This document shows, one piece after another, positions 37,792 to 48,031 of a stretch of DNA of 54,398 nt; position 1 is the stretch's first letter, and each line of letters begins with the position of its first letter. Under the pieces are notes generated by a model. The model searched no databases. It was given only the letters and a program-made list of their open reading frames with translations, and was not told the origin of the DNA. The stretch lies in the sequence record SRR31156797_8656; one strand, written 5' to 3'. The translations under genes and the position numbers were made by a program.

Positions 37792-37825
37792 AAAAAAACC
37801 TCCAAAGGATGAACTTTGGAGGTTT
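37792..37825 (-). terminator. Intrinsic terminator of xerD
   Basis: aaacctccaaag-gatgaa-ctttggaggttt with an A-run on its left side. Confidence 0.8.
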
Positions 37826-37875
37826 AAAAAATGATATTATTTCAAAATCCTATTAAAATAGGAGTGAAAATACAA

Positions 37876-38781
37876 TTAGTCTTTAGATCTTGGATGGAAA
37901 TTTTTAATAGTTTCCTTTAGATATTCTCTATCCAAGTGAGTGTAAATTTCTGTAGTAAGAATCGATTCGTGACCTAACATTTCCTGTACAGCTCTTAAAT
38001 CAGCACCACCTTCAACAAGATGGGATGCAAATGAGTGACGGAAAGTATGAGGAGAAACATTTTTCTTTAAACCTACTTTCTTTGATAAATTCTTAATGAT
38101 CGTAAAAATCATTACACGAGATAACTTGCGACCTCTTCTGTTCAAGAAAAGAATATCTTCACTATCCTTATCGATATTTAGTTTACCGCGATAGTTTTTA
38201 AGATATAATTTAATTTCCTTCTTAGCTTTTTTTCCGATTGGAATTAAACGCTCTTTATTTCCCTTACCATGAATTTTGATAAAACCCATACGGAAATGAA
38301 GGTTTGAAACACGTAAATCAATTAATTCTGATACTCTTAAACCACACGAGTATAGAGTTTCAAGAATAGCTCTGTTTCTTTGTCCTTCAGCTTTGTTCAT
38401 ATCAACAGCCTTTACCAAAACGTCAATTTCGTCGGTTGTTAATGTGTCTGGAAGTTTACGACCAATTTTTGGTGCTTCCAACAAAGCAGTTGGATTTTTC
38501 TCGATAATTTCTTCAAGTAATAAATACTTAAAGAACGCCTTAATACCTGAAATTACACGAGCTTGCGTGCGAGGACTAGTTCCTGCATCATTAATCCATG
38601 AAACAAAATCCTTAAGGTGTTGAAGTATTACTTCCTCAGGAGAAACCTCTAATCCTTTTTCTCTAAAAAAGGTAGTAAGTTTCGTAATGTCATTAATGTA
38701 AGCGTCTACTGAGTTCTTAGATAGGGATTTTTCTAAGGTCAGATAGGTCTTAAAATTTTCAATTGTTGTTGTCCAATTCAT
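37876..38781 (-). CDS. xerD: Site-specific tyrosine recombinase XerD
   Basis: LYSCGLRVSEL, GKGNKER, SPHTFRHSFASH, QEMLGH, TTEIYTH, HPR; housekeeping context next to aroQ. Confidence 0.92.
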   Translation of the reverse strand: MNWTTTIENFKTYLTLEKSLSKNSVDAYINDITKLTTFFREKGLEVSPEEVILQHLKDFVSWINDAGTSPRTQARVISGIKAFFKYLLLEEIIEKNPTALLEAPKIGRKLPDTLTTDEIDVLVKAVDMNKAEGQRNRAILETLYSCGLRVSELIDLRVSNLHFRMGFIKIHGKGNKERLIPIGKKAKKEIKLYLKNYRGKLNIDKDSEDILFLNRRGRKLSRVMIFTIIKNLSKKVGLKKNVSPHTFRHSFASHLVEGGADLRAVQEMLGHESILTTEIYTHLDREYLKETIKNFHPRSKD

Positions 38782-38966
38782 TTTTTTTCAGTTTTTAGTA
38801 TGTAGTTTAGTTGTAAATAATTCCTATTTTATTGCTAGTTTTACTTTGCAATTGATAAGATACGAATTCTTTATGATAAAACTTGTCTGCAATTTAAAAA
38901 AATATTACGTAAGCTTGCAAGTTTTTGAACTACTCTTTATGTTTAACCCTTAATATTTTTGATAAG

Positions 38967-39398
38967 ATGAATTTTTTGATCATAAATGGTCCCAATTTAA
39001 ATTTGCTTGGAGTACGTGAAAAATCTATATATGGAGAGGTTTCATTTGAAACATATTTTCAGGAATTGAAAACAGAATATAGTAAATTTAGCATAGAATA
39101 TTATCAGTCAAACGTTGAAGGTGAGTTGATTAATGAAATTCACAGAGTCGGTTTTGATTATGATGGAATAATATTAAATGCTGGAGCGTATACACATACC
39201 TCTATTGCTCTTGGGGATGCCATTGCTGCTGTTAATACGCCTGTTATAGAGGTACATATATCGAATGTTCATAAAAGAGAATTTTTTCGAGCTAAAACTA
39301 TGATTGGAAAAGATTGTTTAGGTACAATTGCTGGGTTCGGATTGAATTCTTATAAACTTGCGATTGAGGCTTTAATTTCTCATTTGGATAAACGGTGA
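38967..39398 (+). CDS. aroQ: Type II 3-dehydroquinate dehydratase
   Basis: INGPNLNLLG.RE, QSNVEG, NAGAYTHTS, EVHISN. Confidence 0.96.
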   Translation: MNFLIINGPNLNLLGVREKSIYGEVSFETYFQELKTEYSKFSIEYYQSNVEGELINEIHRVGFDYDGIILNAGAYTHTSIALGDAIAAVNTPVIEVHISNVHKREFFRAKTMIGKDCLGTIAGFGLNSYKLAIEALISHLDKR

Positions 39399-39522
39399 TT
39401 TTTTTGGGATTAATGATTTTTTTCTATCCTGTCATTAATATGCTATAAAATATAAAGCCCCAAGCTTCTTCTAAATTGACTATCTTTGTTGTGCCAAAAA
39501 CTAATAATGAAAGAGTAATTCT

Positions 39523-40938
39523 ATGAAGAAGCACACAAAGATTATTGCTACGATCTCAGATAAAAAATGTGATGTCGGGTTTCTTACGCAACTTTTTGAG
39601 GAAGGAATGAATGTTGTGAGGTTAAATACAGCACATCAAACTCATGCTGATGCTCAGTTGGTTATCGATAATGTAAGAAAAGTGTCAGACAGAATCGCAT
39701 TGCTTTTGGATACAAAAGGTCCCGAGATTCGAACGGTAGATGTTGAGGAAGAACTTTATCTTAAAAAGGGTGATAAACTTAAGGTAAAAGGCAAAAAAGA
39801 AGAGGCAGAAAACAAGGATTTTTTATTGGTAAGTTATTCTGATTTTGTAAAGGATATTGAAGTAGGGAAAAGAATTTTAATAGATGATGGAGAATTGGAA
39901 TTATTGGTTGTAGATAAAAATGATCAATTTTTAACTGTTGAGGCTCAAAACGAAGGTCCAATTAAGAACAGAAAGAGTGTTAATGTTCCTGGTGTTTCAA
40001 TTAAGTTACCTTCTTTAAGTAAAAAAGACAGAACCTTTATTGATTTTGCAATAGAACAGGATATTGATTTTATAGCTCATTCATTTGTTCGTCACAAAGA
40101 AGATGTTATTGAAATTCAAAATATTCTTGATAAATACGATTCGAAAGTAAAAATTATTGCGAAGATTGAGAATCAGGAAGGTGTAGATAATATCGACGAA
40201 ATTCTAGATCATGTATATGGTGTAATGGTTGCTAGAGGCGATTTAGCAATTGAAATTCCTGCTCAAAAAATTCCTGTAATTCAGCGACGAATTATTCGAA
40301 AATGTATGGAAAGAAAGAAGCCGGTAATTATTGCTACCCAGATGCTTCACTCTATGATAAATAATCCTAGACCTACACGTGCTGAGGTAAGTGATATTGC
40401 CAATGCAATTTACAATAGAACAGATGCGATAATGCTTAGTGGTGAAACTGCTTATGGAGAATATCCAGTGGAGTCGGTTAGAACTATGAAAGAAGTTGCG
40501 ATAGAAGTGGAGAAGGAGTTATACCCAGACACAAGAAAGAATTTTGTGCCAAGTAACCAGGAATTAACTGCAATTTTAGCTCGTTCGGCAGTGAAATCTT
40601 CTCAACTATTACCGGTTAAGGCAATTGTAACAGATACTTTAACAGGAAGGACTGGTCGTTATTTATCTGCCTATAGAGGTACATCGCCAGTTTATGCTTT
40701 GTGTTATTCGAAAAGAGTAATGCGAGAATTAGCTCTTTCTTATGGTGTTGAAGCTGGTTATAGAAAATTATTGGCTAGTAGAGATGAATATGTGAAACAA
40801 TCGATGTTTTCGTTGATGAAGAAGAATTATTTTACCGGCGACGATATGGTGATTATTATCGGTGGTAGTTTTGGTCCGTCGAAAGGAGTGTCTTTTATGG
40901 AGATTAGTAAGGTTGATCAATTGACACATAAAGTATAA
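39523..40938 (+). CDS. pyk: Pyruvate kinase
   Basis: TKIIATI, DTKGPEIR, AKIENQEG, VARGDL, ATQML, MLSGETA; TATCTTTG -7 box at 39481-39488. Confidence 0.97.
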   Translation: MKKHTKIIATISDKKCDVGFLTQLFEEGMNVVRLNTAHQTHADAQLVIDNVRKVSDRIALLLDTKGPEIRTVDVEEELYLKKGDKLKVKGKKEEAENKDFLLVSYSDFVKDIEVGKRILIDDGELELLVVDKNDQFLTVEAQNEGPIKNRKSVNVPGVSIKLPSLSKKDRTFIDFAIEQDIDFIAHSFVRHKEDVIEIQNILDKYDSKVKIIAKIENQEGVDNIDEILDHVYGVMVARGDLAIEIPAQKIPVIQRRIIRKCMERKKPVIIATQMLHSMINNPRPTRAEVSDIANAIYNRTDAIMLSGETAYGEYPVESVRTMKEVAIEVEKELYPDTRKNFVPSNQELTAILARSAVKSSQLLPVKAIVTDTLTGRTGRYLSAYRGTSPVYALCYSKRVMRELALSYGVEAGYRKLLASRDEYVKQSMFSLMKKNYFTGDDMVIIIGGSFGPSKGVSFMEISKVDQLTHKV

Positions 40939-40957
40939 AACACAATATAAGTTCCAG

Positions 40958-40992
40958 AAAAAAAGCGAATCAATTTGATTCGCTTTTTTTTT
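40958..40992. terminator. Bidirectional terminator
   Basis: aaaaaaagcgaatcaa-t-ttgattcgcttttttt. Confidence 0.88.
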
Positions 40993-41554
40993 AATATCTA
41001 AGATAGATTAACACTATTGCTATACCTACGCCAATGCCGGATATGGCTAAATTGAATCTTTTTCGATCTGTTTTAAAAACCATTAAAAGAAGTGATGATA
41101 GGATACAGGAGATAAAGGAGATAAGCAGAAAAGCAACAATTGCTCCAAGCGTGTAACCTGAAAAGCTTAAGAATTTAAATCCAGAACCAAATATTTTTGT
41201 GTAATGCAATTGGATATTTGTTCCAAGAATTAATCCAATAAGAGCAAAGAAATTGTATCGTACAGCGTTTGCACTTGGTGAGTTGGAGATCATATTATGA
41301 ATTCCAACTCCAATAAAAGCAAATGCAGCTCCTAATTTTATTGTAGAATAGGAGAAGCTGGTAATATTTACCGATGCTAAAAGGAATCCTACTATCGTAC
41401 CTGCTGACAGAGCTAAAAAGAGTGATAGGTAGTTTTTATACTCTTTTAATTGAAAGACAATGCCAAATAAAACTAAGGTTAAAAATAGGTCGAAAGAGGA
41501 TGTAGAAATCAGGTAAAAAAAAGCTGATTCTAAACTAGTAATTACTGTATTCAT
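40991..41554 (-). CDS. Hypothetical multi-pass membrane protein (possibly divergent HupE/UreJ-like)
   Basis: About six hydrophobic segments; last gene of a three-gene minus-strand run. Confidence 0.6.
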   Translation of the reverse strand: MNTVITSLESAFFYLISTSSFDLFLTLVLFGIVFQLKEYKNYLSLFLALSAGTIVGFLLASVNITSFSYSTIKLGAAFAFIGVGIHNMISNSPSANAVRYNFFALIGLILGTNIQLHYTKIFGSGFKFLSFSGYTLGAIVAFLLISFISCILSSLLLMVFKTDRKRFNLAISGIGVGIAIVLIYLRY

Positions 41555-41565
41555 AAGTGTTTAAT

Positions 41566-42318
41566 TTATTTCCAATTGAGTATGGCTCTGCAATTTTCTA
41601 TATTAGATTTTTGATTTTGAATGGAAAATTGCATTTCGTTTTCAGACTTTGATTGTGAATGAACGATAAGCTGGTCTCCGAATTTTGCTTCATGCAGGAA
41701 ATTAAGTTCCATTTCCTCGATTTCTTTATTGTAGAGAATTTCTTTTGGACACGAATCGATAATCCATTTGATATATTTCACATTATTCACATGTTGATTG
41801 ATGTCAATATCACTGTAGTGAACTTTTATAGATTCTCTTAACTCTCCTGATTTTAGTGGTTTTATTTTCGAGATGGATTGCTCAAAGAGTTTTTCTGCAT
41901 TCTCAAACTCTTCATTGTTAATTATCTCATGAGGACGTACGGGTCTCTTGCTTTTGATATTAATTATTAGCCAACTTGAACTTGCAATCATCAAAAGAGT
42001 GCCTTTTTCGTTTACTATCTTGAATTCACGATTTCCGAATAGACCTTCAATACCAGTAGGCCAGGTTTCAATTCTTAAGTTATCTTTCCATTTAGGATAT
42101 TTAAAAACTTTAATTTTTAATCTGGATAAGACCCAGGAAAGATCTTGTTTCATTAAATCATTAATTCCCCAATTAAGAGCTTCAGCATGCATTCCGGCAA
42201 TTTCCTGTAAGTAATTGCAAATGGAAGTCATCTTTACTTTGCCACTATAATCGGTATCAAATGATCCTATTCTAAAGTGTTTTACAAATCGATTTAGATT
42301 AATATCTAATGTATTCAT
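41566..42318 (-). CDS. Acyl-ACP thioesterase (FatA/B-like double hotdog)
   Basis: LQEIAGMHA, WVLSR, IETW, DIDINQHVNNVKY. Confidence 0.92.
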   Translation of the reverse strand: MNTLDINLNRFVKHFRIGSFDTDYSGKVKMTSICNYLQEIAGMHAEALNWGINDLMKQDLSWVLSRLKIKVFKYPKWKDNLRIETWPTGIEGLFGNREFKIVNEKGTLLMIASSSWLIINIKSKRPVRPHEIINNEEFENAEKLFEQSISKIKPLKSGELRESIKVHYSDIDINQHVNNVKYIKWIIDSCPKEILYNKEIEEMELNFLHEAKFGDQLIVHSQSKSENEMQFSIQNQKSNIENCRAILNWK

Positions 42319-43511
42319 TCTTTAATGAGGTGTTTTAACTTTTTAGAAACATACAAAGAGCGAATAAGAACTAATACCACAAATGGTAAAATTTCATTTG
42401 GTAATGATTGAGGAATGAACGACCATAAACCAACAATGCATAAAAGTAAAATTGATGTCACTAAAAAGTATAAATAGGATAGTTTTGTTTTTTTTATTAG
42501 AAAAATAGTTGCCAAAGGAAAATGAATTGGTAGCGCCCATAGAATATTTAAATTTGGTCCGGTTGCTTGATGATCGGTAAAGAACCATAAGAATACGATT
42601 ATCCAACCTAAGAAACCTGTTAAACCAAATACCAGATGGTCAATTGCAAATAAATTTTTCTTTTTACGATAATAATTAAGACTCAGAAATAATCCTAACA
42701 TTGCGATTATGCCAAAAACAAAACCAGGTCGTTTGTACCAAACGGTTGTTTTAAAAACTTCTCCTACTTCAAGTACTTTTCTGGTTGATGAAACCAATGG
42801 TATTATACTATCTCCATTAACAATTTTTGCATCCTCGAAGGCAAACATCATATTGTCAGGTAAAAACATATATTCATATGGTGTAGCCTCAACATCGCAG
42901 GGTTTTCCTAATATCAAATGAATACCTAAATGTATCCATCGGCTTTTTTCCATAAAATGATCAAGAAGATTCCAAAATGTCTTAGGTTTCGAATTTACTT
43001 CGGTGTATTTTATTTCGCCGTCAATGTTATTTTCAATGATATCTCTAATTCTCGTTGAGCAATTGTCAAATAAAAAATCGTAATGATAAAAACGATTTTC
43101 AGGTTTGTAATTTTCAACCAAGGCAGCAAATAATTTACGTTTGGTATTAATATCCAGATTAAGTTTTTGCTCAATTATTCCTCTTTTTTCATACATATAG
43201 CTTTGTTTGAGCCTAATGTAATTTCCATATTCTAATTTGTATTTTAGTTTTCCTCTGGCAAACTTGAAATAGAAATTCGAAGTATTAAAATCGAAAGTTC
43301 CATAATTGAATACAATGTCGAGTTTGTTTTGTGGATCTTTTATTCGAATTCCCGAATGTCCAAAAAGAGAATACAACTCTTCACCTGGAGAATAGGTTAG
43401 AACGCTTATTTCGGATTGATTGGATAACTCTTTGGCAAATGAGTTTGAAATACAAATCAGTATTCCAATTGATAAGAATAGAGCTTTTATAAAAGATGAT
43501 TTTAGCTTCAT
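42315..43511 (-). CDS. DUF4105 protein, probable Lnb-type lipoprotein N-acyltransferase
   Basis: PGEELYSLFGHS, FNYGTFDF, YHYDFLFDNCSTR, FLP, and four C-terminal TM segments. Confidence 0.8.
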   Translation of the reverse strand: MKLKSSFIKALFLSIGILICISNSFAKELSNQSEISVLTYSPGEELYSLFGHSGIRIKDPQNKLDIVFNYGTFDFNTSNFYFKFARGKLKYKLEYGNYIRLKQSYMYEKRGIIEQKLNLDINTKRKLFAALVENYKPENRFYHYDFLFDNCSTRIRDIIENNIDGEIKYTEVNSKPKTFWNLLDHFMEKSRWIHLGIHLILGKPCDVEATPYEYMFLPDNMMFAFEDAKIVNGDSIIPLVSSTRKVLEVGEVFKTTVWYKRPGFVFGIIAMLGLFLSLNYYRKKKNLFAIDHLVFGLTGFLGWIIVFLWFFTDHQATGPNLNILWALPIHFPLATIFLIKKTKLSYLYFLVTSILLLCIVGLWSFIPQSLPNEILPFVVLVLIRSLYVSKKLKHLIKE

Positions 43512-43619
43512 AATTTAACTGTTTTTACTCACCGAAGATAAATAAAATACCTTTATTGAACATGACAGGATGCTAACAATATTATTTTAACCAAGATGGG
43601 GAAATCATGTTTGGGCAAT

Positions 43620-43650
43620 AAAAAATCCTCTACCGAAGGGAAGAGGATTT
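43620..43650 (-). terminator. Intrinsic terminator after ftsK-lolA
   Basis: aaatcctct...agaggattt with an A-run on its left side. Confidence 0.7.
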
Positions 43651-43671
43651 AATATATCTAATAAGAGTTTA

Positions 43672-44313
43672 TTATCTCATATCGTTGATTTCAACATCAG
43701 GATTAGCCTTGGTGTTAAAAACGAAATCAGTATCAGTGTATTCTACGTTAGGTGTTAATTTTTTCAAAATAATGCTAATATCGCTACCATCTTTTCCAAC
43801 CGATTTAAGTGAGCTAATCTGGTCTGTTTTATCATCTATTTTTAATCGGATATGTGAAAAGCCTTTCTCTGTATCAACAGGAAATAGATCAATTACATGA
43901 AGTGTTTTGGCGTTACTTTTTTCTACATCTACATATTTAAAAGTGAATCCTGATTCGTAGATTGAAAATATTTTTGCTGGGTTTAAGGTTTCTTCATCTT
44001 CTTCATCTGGCTCGCTAATGTTTACTTCTTCAGCATCAATAATGTGTGTGTATATTGTTGTTCCATCGAAATAGGTATCCACGCCCATTAACTTCAAGCG
44101 GTATTTGTTTCCCTTAAGTATAATGTTGCCTTCTGATATTTCGTGAACATCTTCTTCGTCATTATCCATAGAGAATAAAAATTCAGCCTTTATACTTTTA
44201 TACTCTTTGTTTTTAGCAGAAACCTTATCGAGTATTGTTTTTGCTTTATTTTCCTGAGCCGAAACACTCAAGCTTAATATTCCAATTAAAAGGAAACAAA
44301 AAATGTTCTTCAT
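43672..44313 (-). CDS. lolA: LolA-like outer-membrane lipoprotein carrier
   Basis: Signal peptide, KGNKY, FDG..., EVNI, LNP, ends INDMR; ftsK-lolA gene order. Confidence 0.8.
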   Translation of the reverse strand: MKNIFCFLLIGILSLSVSAQENKAKTILDKVSAKNKEYKSIKAEFLFSMDNDEEDVHEISEGNIILKGNKYRLKLMGVDTYFDGTTIYTHIIDAEEVNISEPDEEDEETLNPAKIFSIYESGFTFKYVDVEKSNAKTLHVIDLFPVDTEKGFSHIRLKIDDKTDQISSLKSVGKDGSDISIILKKLTPNVEYTDTDFVFNTKANPDVEINDMR

Positions 44314-44367
44314 TTTTTAGTGATTTTATAATTTATGCAAAGATATTAATCAATTATTGTGCCACGA

Positions 44368-46770
44368 CTAGTTCAAAACTTCACTTAGTAATTTTTCAAG
44401 TGAATATTCATCCTGAACTAAAACCTGACGTGCTTTACTTCCTTCAAAAGGTCCTACAATACCTGCAGCTTCAAGTTGATCAACAATTCTACCAGCACGA
44501 TTGTAACCAATTGAAAATCTTCGCTGAATGCCTGATGTTGAACCTTGTTGTGAACCAACAACAAGTCTGGCAGCTTCTTCGAACAAGGCATCTCTTTTTT
44601 GCAGATCAACATCAGATGAAACTTCTGAGGATTCACCAACATATTCAGGCAACATTAAAGCTGAAGGATACGATTGCTGTTCCTGTATAAAATCTGTGAT
44701 AGCTTCAACTTCTGGCGTGTCAACAAATGCACATTGTACACGAACCACATCGCTATTTGTCGAAATCAACATATCACCACGACCAATTAATTGGTTGGCT
44801 CCAGGACTATCTAAAATCGTTCTTGAGTCGATCATAGAAGCAACTTTAAATGCAATACGCGCAGGAAAGTTTGCTTTAATTACACCAGTAATAATATTGG
44901 TAGATGGTCGTTGTGTAGCAATAATCATGTGAATACCAATGGCACGAGCCAATTGGGCGATTCTGGCAATAGGTGCTTCAACCTCTTTACCTGCAGTCAT
45001 AATTAAATCGGCAAACTCATCAATAATTACCACAATATATGGTAAAAACCGATGTCCGTTTTCTGGATTTAATTTTCTCTTTATGAATTTCTCGTTGTAC
45101 TCTTTAATATTTCTTGCATGTGCTTTTTTCAACAGATCGTATCTGGTATCCATCTCAACACATAAAGAATTTAAGGTTGCAATTACCTTGTGAATATCAG
45201 TAATGATAGGCTCCTCTTCATCCGGTAATTTGGCAAGAAAATGCTTTTCGATTGTAGAATAAATACTAAGCTCTACTTTTTTAGGATCAATTAAAACAAA
45301 CTTAAGTTGTGATGGATGCTTTTTGTAGAGTAGGGAAGTGATGATCGCATTTAGACCAACAGATTTCCCTTGTCCGGTTGCACCAGCAACTAGAAGGTGA
45401 GGCATTTTAGCAAGATCCAATGTGTAAGTTTCGTTGGAAATCGTTCTTCCCATAGCAACAGGAAGAGCATATTTTGTTTCCTGAAACTTCTTGGATGCGA
45501 TAATGCTTTTCATCGAAACAATTTCAGGAGTTCGATTTGGAACTTCGATACCAATTGTTCCTTTTCCAGGGATTGGTGCAATAATACGAATACCTAAAGC
45601 GGATAAACTCAATGCAATGTCATCTTCAAGGTTTTTAATTTTCGATATTCTTACTCCTGGGGCAGGTACAATTTCATAAAGCGTAACGGTTGGGCCAATT
45701 GTAGCCTTAATTTGTACAATCTCTATTTTATAATGACGAAGAGTTTCAACAATCTTATTTTTATTGCTTTCTAATTCCTCCTTACTTACTGCAGAATTAT
45801 TTGCATGGTGCTCTTCAAGCAGATCAATCGTAGGAAATTTATATCTTGAAAGATCCAAAGTCGGGTCGAAATCTTCCGTTGGAACTTGGTTTATTTTTAC
45901 TGTTTCTTCTTGTTTACGAACTGTTTCTATCTTTAATTCTACATCATCTTCCTCCAGCTTATTTTTCTTATCAATAGGTAGTTCGTCTTCCAGTTCAGGT
46001 AAATCTTCAGGTTCCGAAGTGAGAATAACTTCATTTTCGAATTGAGGAATTTCATCTATTTGCAATTTTGCGGATTCTTCTTCTATTTCCTCATTTTCTG
46101 TTATCTCATCAGATAATGCAGAATCATCAGTTTCGGAATCGATAACTGGTTTTTCTTTTTTCGCAACTAATTTTTTAAAGAAGCTGACAGTGTTTTGAAA
46201 ACCAAAAGTTAGAATGCATAAAATACTAAGAATAAGAATGAATAACGTACCTACATTTCCTATGATTGAAATTAACCATTCGCTGATGTAGTAACCGTGA
46301 GATCCGCCAAGGAACAAATAAGAGTCGCTTGCAGAATCTACAAAAATAAATGCCATTCCTACTGAAAACCAAATGCTAAAAAGCAAAGTATAAAGTAAGG
46401 TTTTTCTAAGTGATTGTATTCTTACTCCCCAAGAGCGAAGAGATAGAACAACCATTAAATATAGAAAGGAGTATGATGCAATTCCAAATCCTTTGTTGAT
46501 GAATAGGTTTGATAAGAATGCACCCGTTTTTCCAGTCCAATTTTCCACTCGAATTTCAGAATTGCCGATAAGTTCCAGCCACCTTATATCAAGTTTGCTT
46601 TGATCAGCTCCACCTGTAAAAATGAATGAGGAGAATGCTAAACCAATATAAATGGTGAACAGTGATAGAAAGATACCAATTAAGAACAGAGTTCTTTCAT
46701 CGGCAAGAAATTTGGGTTTTTTGAATCTTTTTTTGCTTTTTTTTGTATTTGATGCTCTCTTTTTTGCCAT
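44368..46770 (-). CDS. ftsK: DNA translocase FtsK
   Basis: N-terminal TM segments, PHLLVAGATGQGKS, IDPKKVEL, DEFADL, ATQRPS, gamma domain IGYNRAGRI. Confidence 0.97.
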   Translation of the reverse strand: MAKKRASNTKKSKKRFKKPKFLADERTLFLIGIFLSLFTIYIGLAFSSFIFTGGADQSKLDIRWLELIGNSEIRVENWTGKTGAFLSNLFINKGFGIASYSFLYLMVVLSLRSWGVRIQSLRKTLLYTLLFSIWFSVGMAFIFVDSASDSYLFLGGSHGYYISEWLISIIGNVGTLFILILSILCILTFGFQNTVSFFKKLVAKKEKPVIDSETDDSALSDEITENEEIEEESAKLQIDEIPQFENEVILTSEPEDLPELEDELPIDKKNKLEEDDVELKIETVRKQEETVKINQVPTEDFDPTLDLSRYKFPTIDLLEEHHANNSAVSKEELESNKNKIVETLRHYKIEIVQIKATIGPTVTLYEIVPAPGVRISKIKNLEDDIALSLSALGIRIIAPIPGKGTIGIEVPNRTPEIVSMKSIIASKKFQETKYALPVAMGRTISNETYTLDLAKMPHLLVAGATGQGKSVGLNAIITSLLYKKHPSQLKFVLIDPKKVELSIYSTIEKHFLAKLPDEEEPIITDIHKVIATLNSLCVEMDTRYDLLKKAHARNIKEYNEKFIKRKLNPENGHRFLPYIVVIIDEFADLIMTAGKEVEAPIARIAQLARAIGIHMIIATQRPSTNIITGVIKANFPARIAFKVASMIDSRTILDSPGANQLIGRGDMLISTNSDVVRVQCAFVDTPEVEAITDFIQEQQSYPSALMLPEYVGESSEVSSDVDLQKRDALFEEAARLVVGSQQGSTSGIQRRFSIGYNRAGRIVDQLEAAGIVGPFEGSKARQVLVQDEYSLEKLLSEVLN

Positions 46771-46897
46771 TCGAGTTGTTTTCAGTGTTTTGCTTGACTT
46801 ACGCCACCATGAAATTTATGTAAAAGTAATAAAAATGGCTTGTAAATCCACAGGAATTTTATTGTGCAAAAAGAGAAATTTATTTTTAAAAACTTAA

Positions 46898-47578
46898 TCA
46901 ATTGAAATTCACGATGTACTTTTTTAAAGTTTCCAAATCAGATTTTATGTAATCTTCTGGTATGGTAAATTCATTCTCGTCTATTTGAACAAGGTTAACG
47001 TTTTTAGCAGTAAACTTAGCTTTTACCTGATTCATGGTAGTTTCGAATTGTAATAAAACACCATCTATTTCATTAAGAGGTGTATTACGGTTTGGTTTGG
47101 CAAGACCAATCTCATTTGTATAACAAACTTTAATAGTAGGTAAATCTTTGTCCTCGAAATACAATGTAGCAACTTTACAATCATAGCCTGCAATGTGAGC
47201 AATAGAATCCGTAAGTTTTATTTTGCTTGGAGGAAGTTGATTGTAAATAAAGGCAACTTCATCTTTTGGAAATTCATAATTGAATTTATTACTGAGAACC
47301 TTTAAAAGAATATTGCTATTTTCATTTTCGTAGATAGAAACAAACCTAGTGCTAAAAAAACCGAGATAACCTTCGGATGTAAGGCTGATGTTGTTGTCTT
47401 TAAATCTCAGTTCAACTTTGTTAGGTAAAAGTGCAACTATAGGGTTGTCTTTTTCCGAATCGAAATAACTTACATCGTAAATTATTACACCTTCATCCGT
47501 ACGATTACTTTTAGTAGATTTATCGTTACAACCGTAAATGATTAGAGTTAAAATGAGTATGAAAAAGCCCTGCTTCAT
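46898..47578 (-). CDS. Hypothetical lipoprotein (GLPGLI/DUF4412-like features)
   Basis: Lipobox IYGC; IAGYDCKVA, IDGVLLQF, FTIPEDY. Confidence 0.65.
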   Translation of the reverse strand: MKQGFFILILTLIIYGCNDKSTKSNRTDEGVIIYDVSYFDSEKDNPIVALLPNKVELRFKDNNISLTSEGYLGFFSTRFVSIYENENSNILLKVLSNKFNYEFPKDEVAFIYNQLPPSKIKLTDSIAHIAGYDCKVATLYFEDKDLPTIKVCYTNEIGLAKPNRNTPLNEIDGVLLQFETTMNQVKAKFTAKNVNLVQIDENEFTIPEDYIKSDLETLKKYIVNFN

Positions 47579-47967
47579 ATAAGTAGCATTTATTAGGTTT
47601 CGAAAATAGTTAGTACCAAAATCTAATCTTAAATTACGGTTTAACCTCCCTAAAAGTAGGAAAAATGATAAGAAAACAAGATGAAATCCAATCTTCTTTC
47701 AGAGAGCGATAGATTATTTTTTACGGAGAAGGTTCAATTTTGTTTAAAAATACATTTAAATGGAATACGAGATTATAATTTGACTTTCATTATAAATAAA
47801 CATAACAGCATTGTTTAATTGATTGCATGCAAACGAGTGAAGTTTTATCTTGGGTTCGCTTTGAATTTCATGCTTTTATAGAAAAAGGTGGTAAACAGTA
47901 AAAAGAAAAAGCTTGTAATATGCTGAAAAACAGCGAATGGAAAAGGATTTAAAAAATATGAAAATTG

Positions 47968-47997
47968 TTTGTTTTGAAATTAATTTTTTTAGTTTTG
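47968..47997 (+). promoter_or_regulatory. Bacteroidota sigma-A promoter for arcC
   Basis: TTTG-N18-TAGTTTTG, 34 nt before the ATG. Confidence 0.6.
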
Positions 47998-48031
47998 CAG
48001 AACTAACAAGAAAAACATAAAGCGAAAAGTA

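Noticed and set aside
37876-38781. Tyrosine recombinase as a possible integrase or mobile element
   Set aside because: It has XerD length and motifs, housekeeping neighbours (aroQ, pyk, pckA), and no att-like repeats or cargo.
47579-48031. 450-bp intergenic region as a possible ncRNA or riboswitch
   Set aside because: I could see no convincing stems, terminator or known motif by eye; a covariance-model search would be needed to exclude one.
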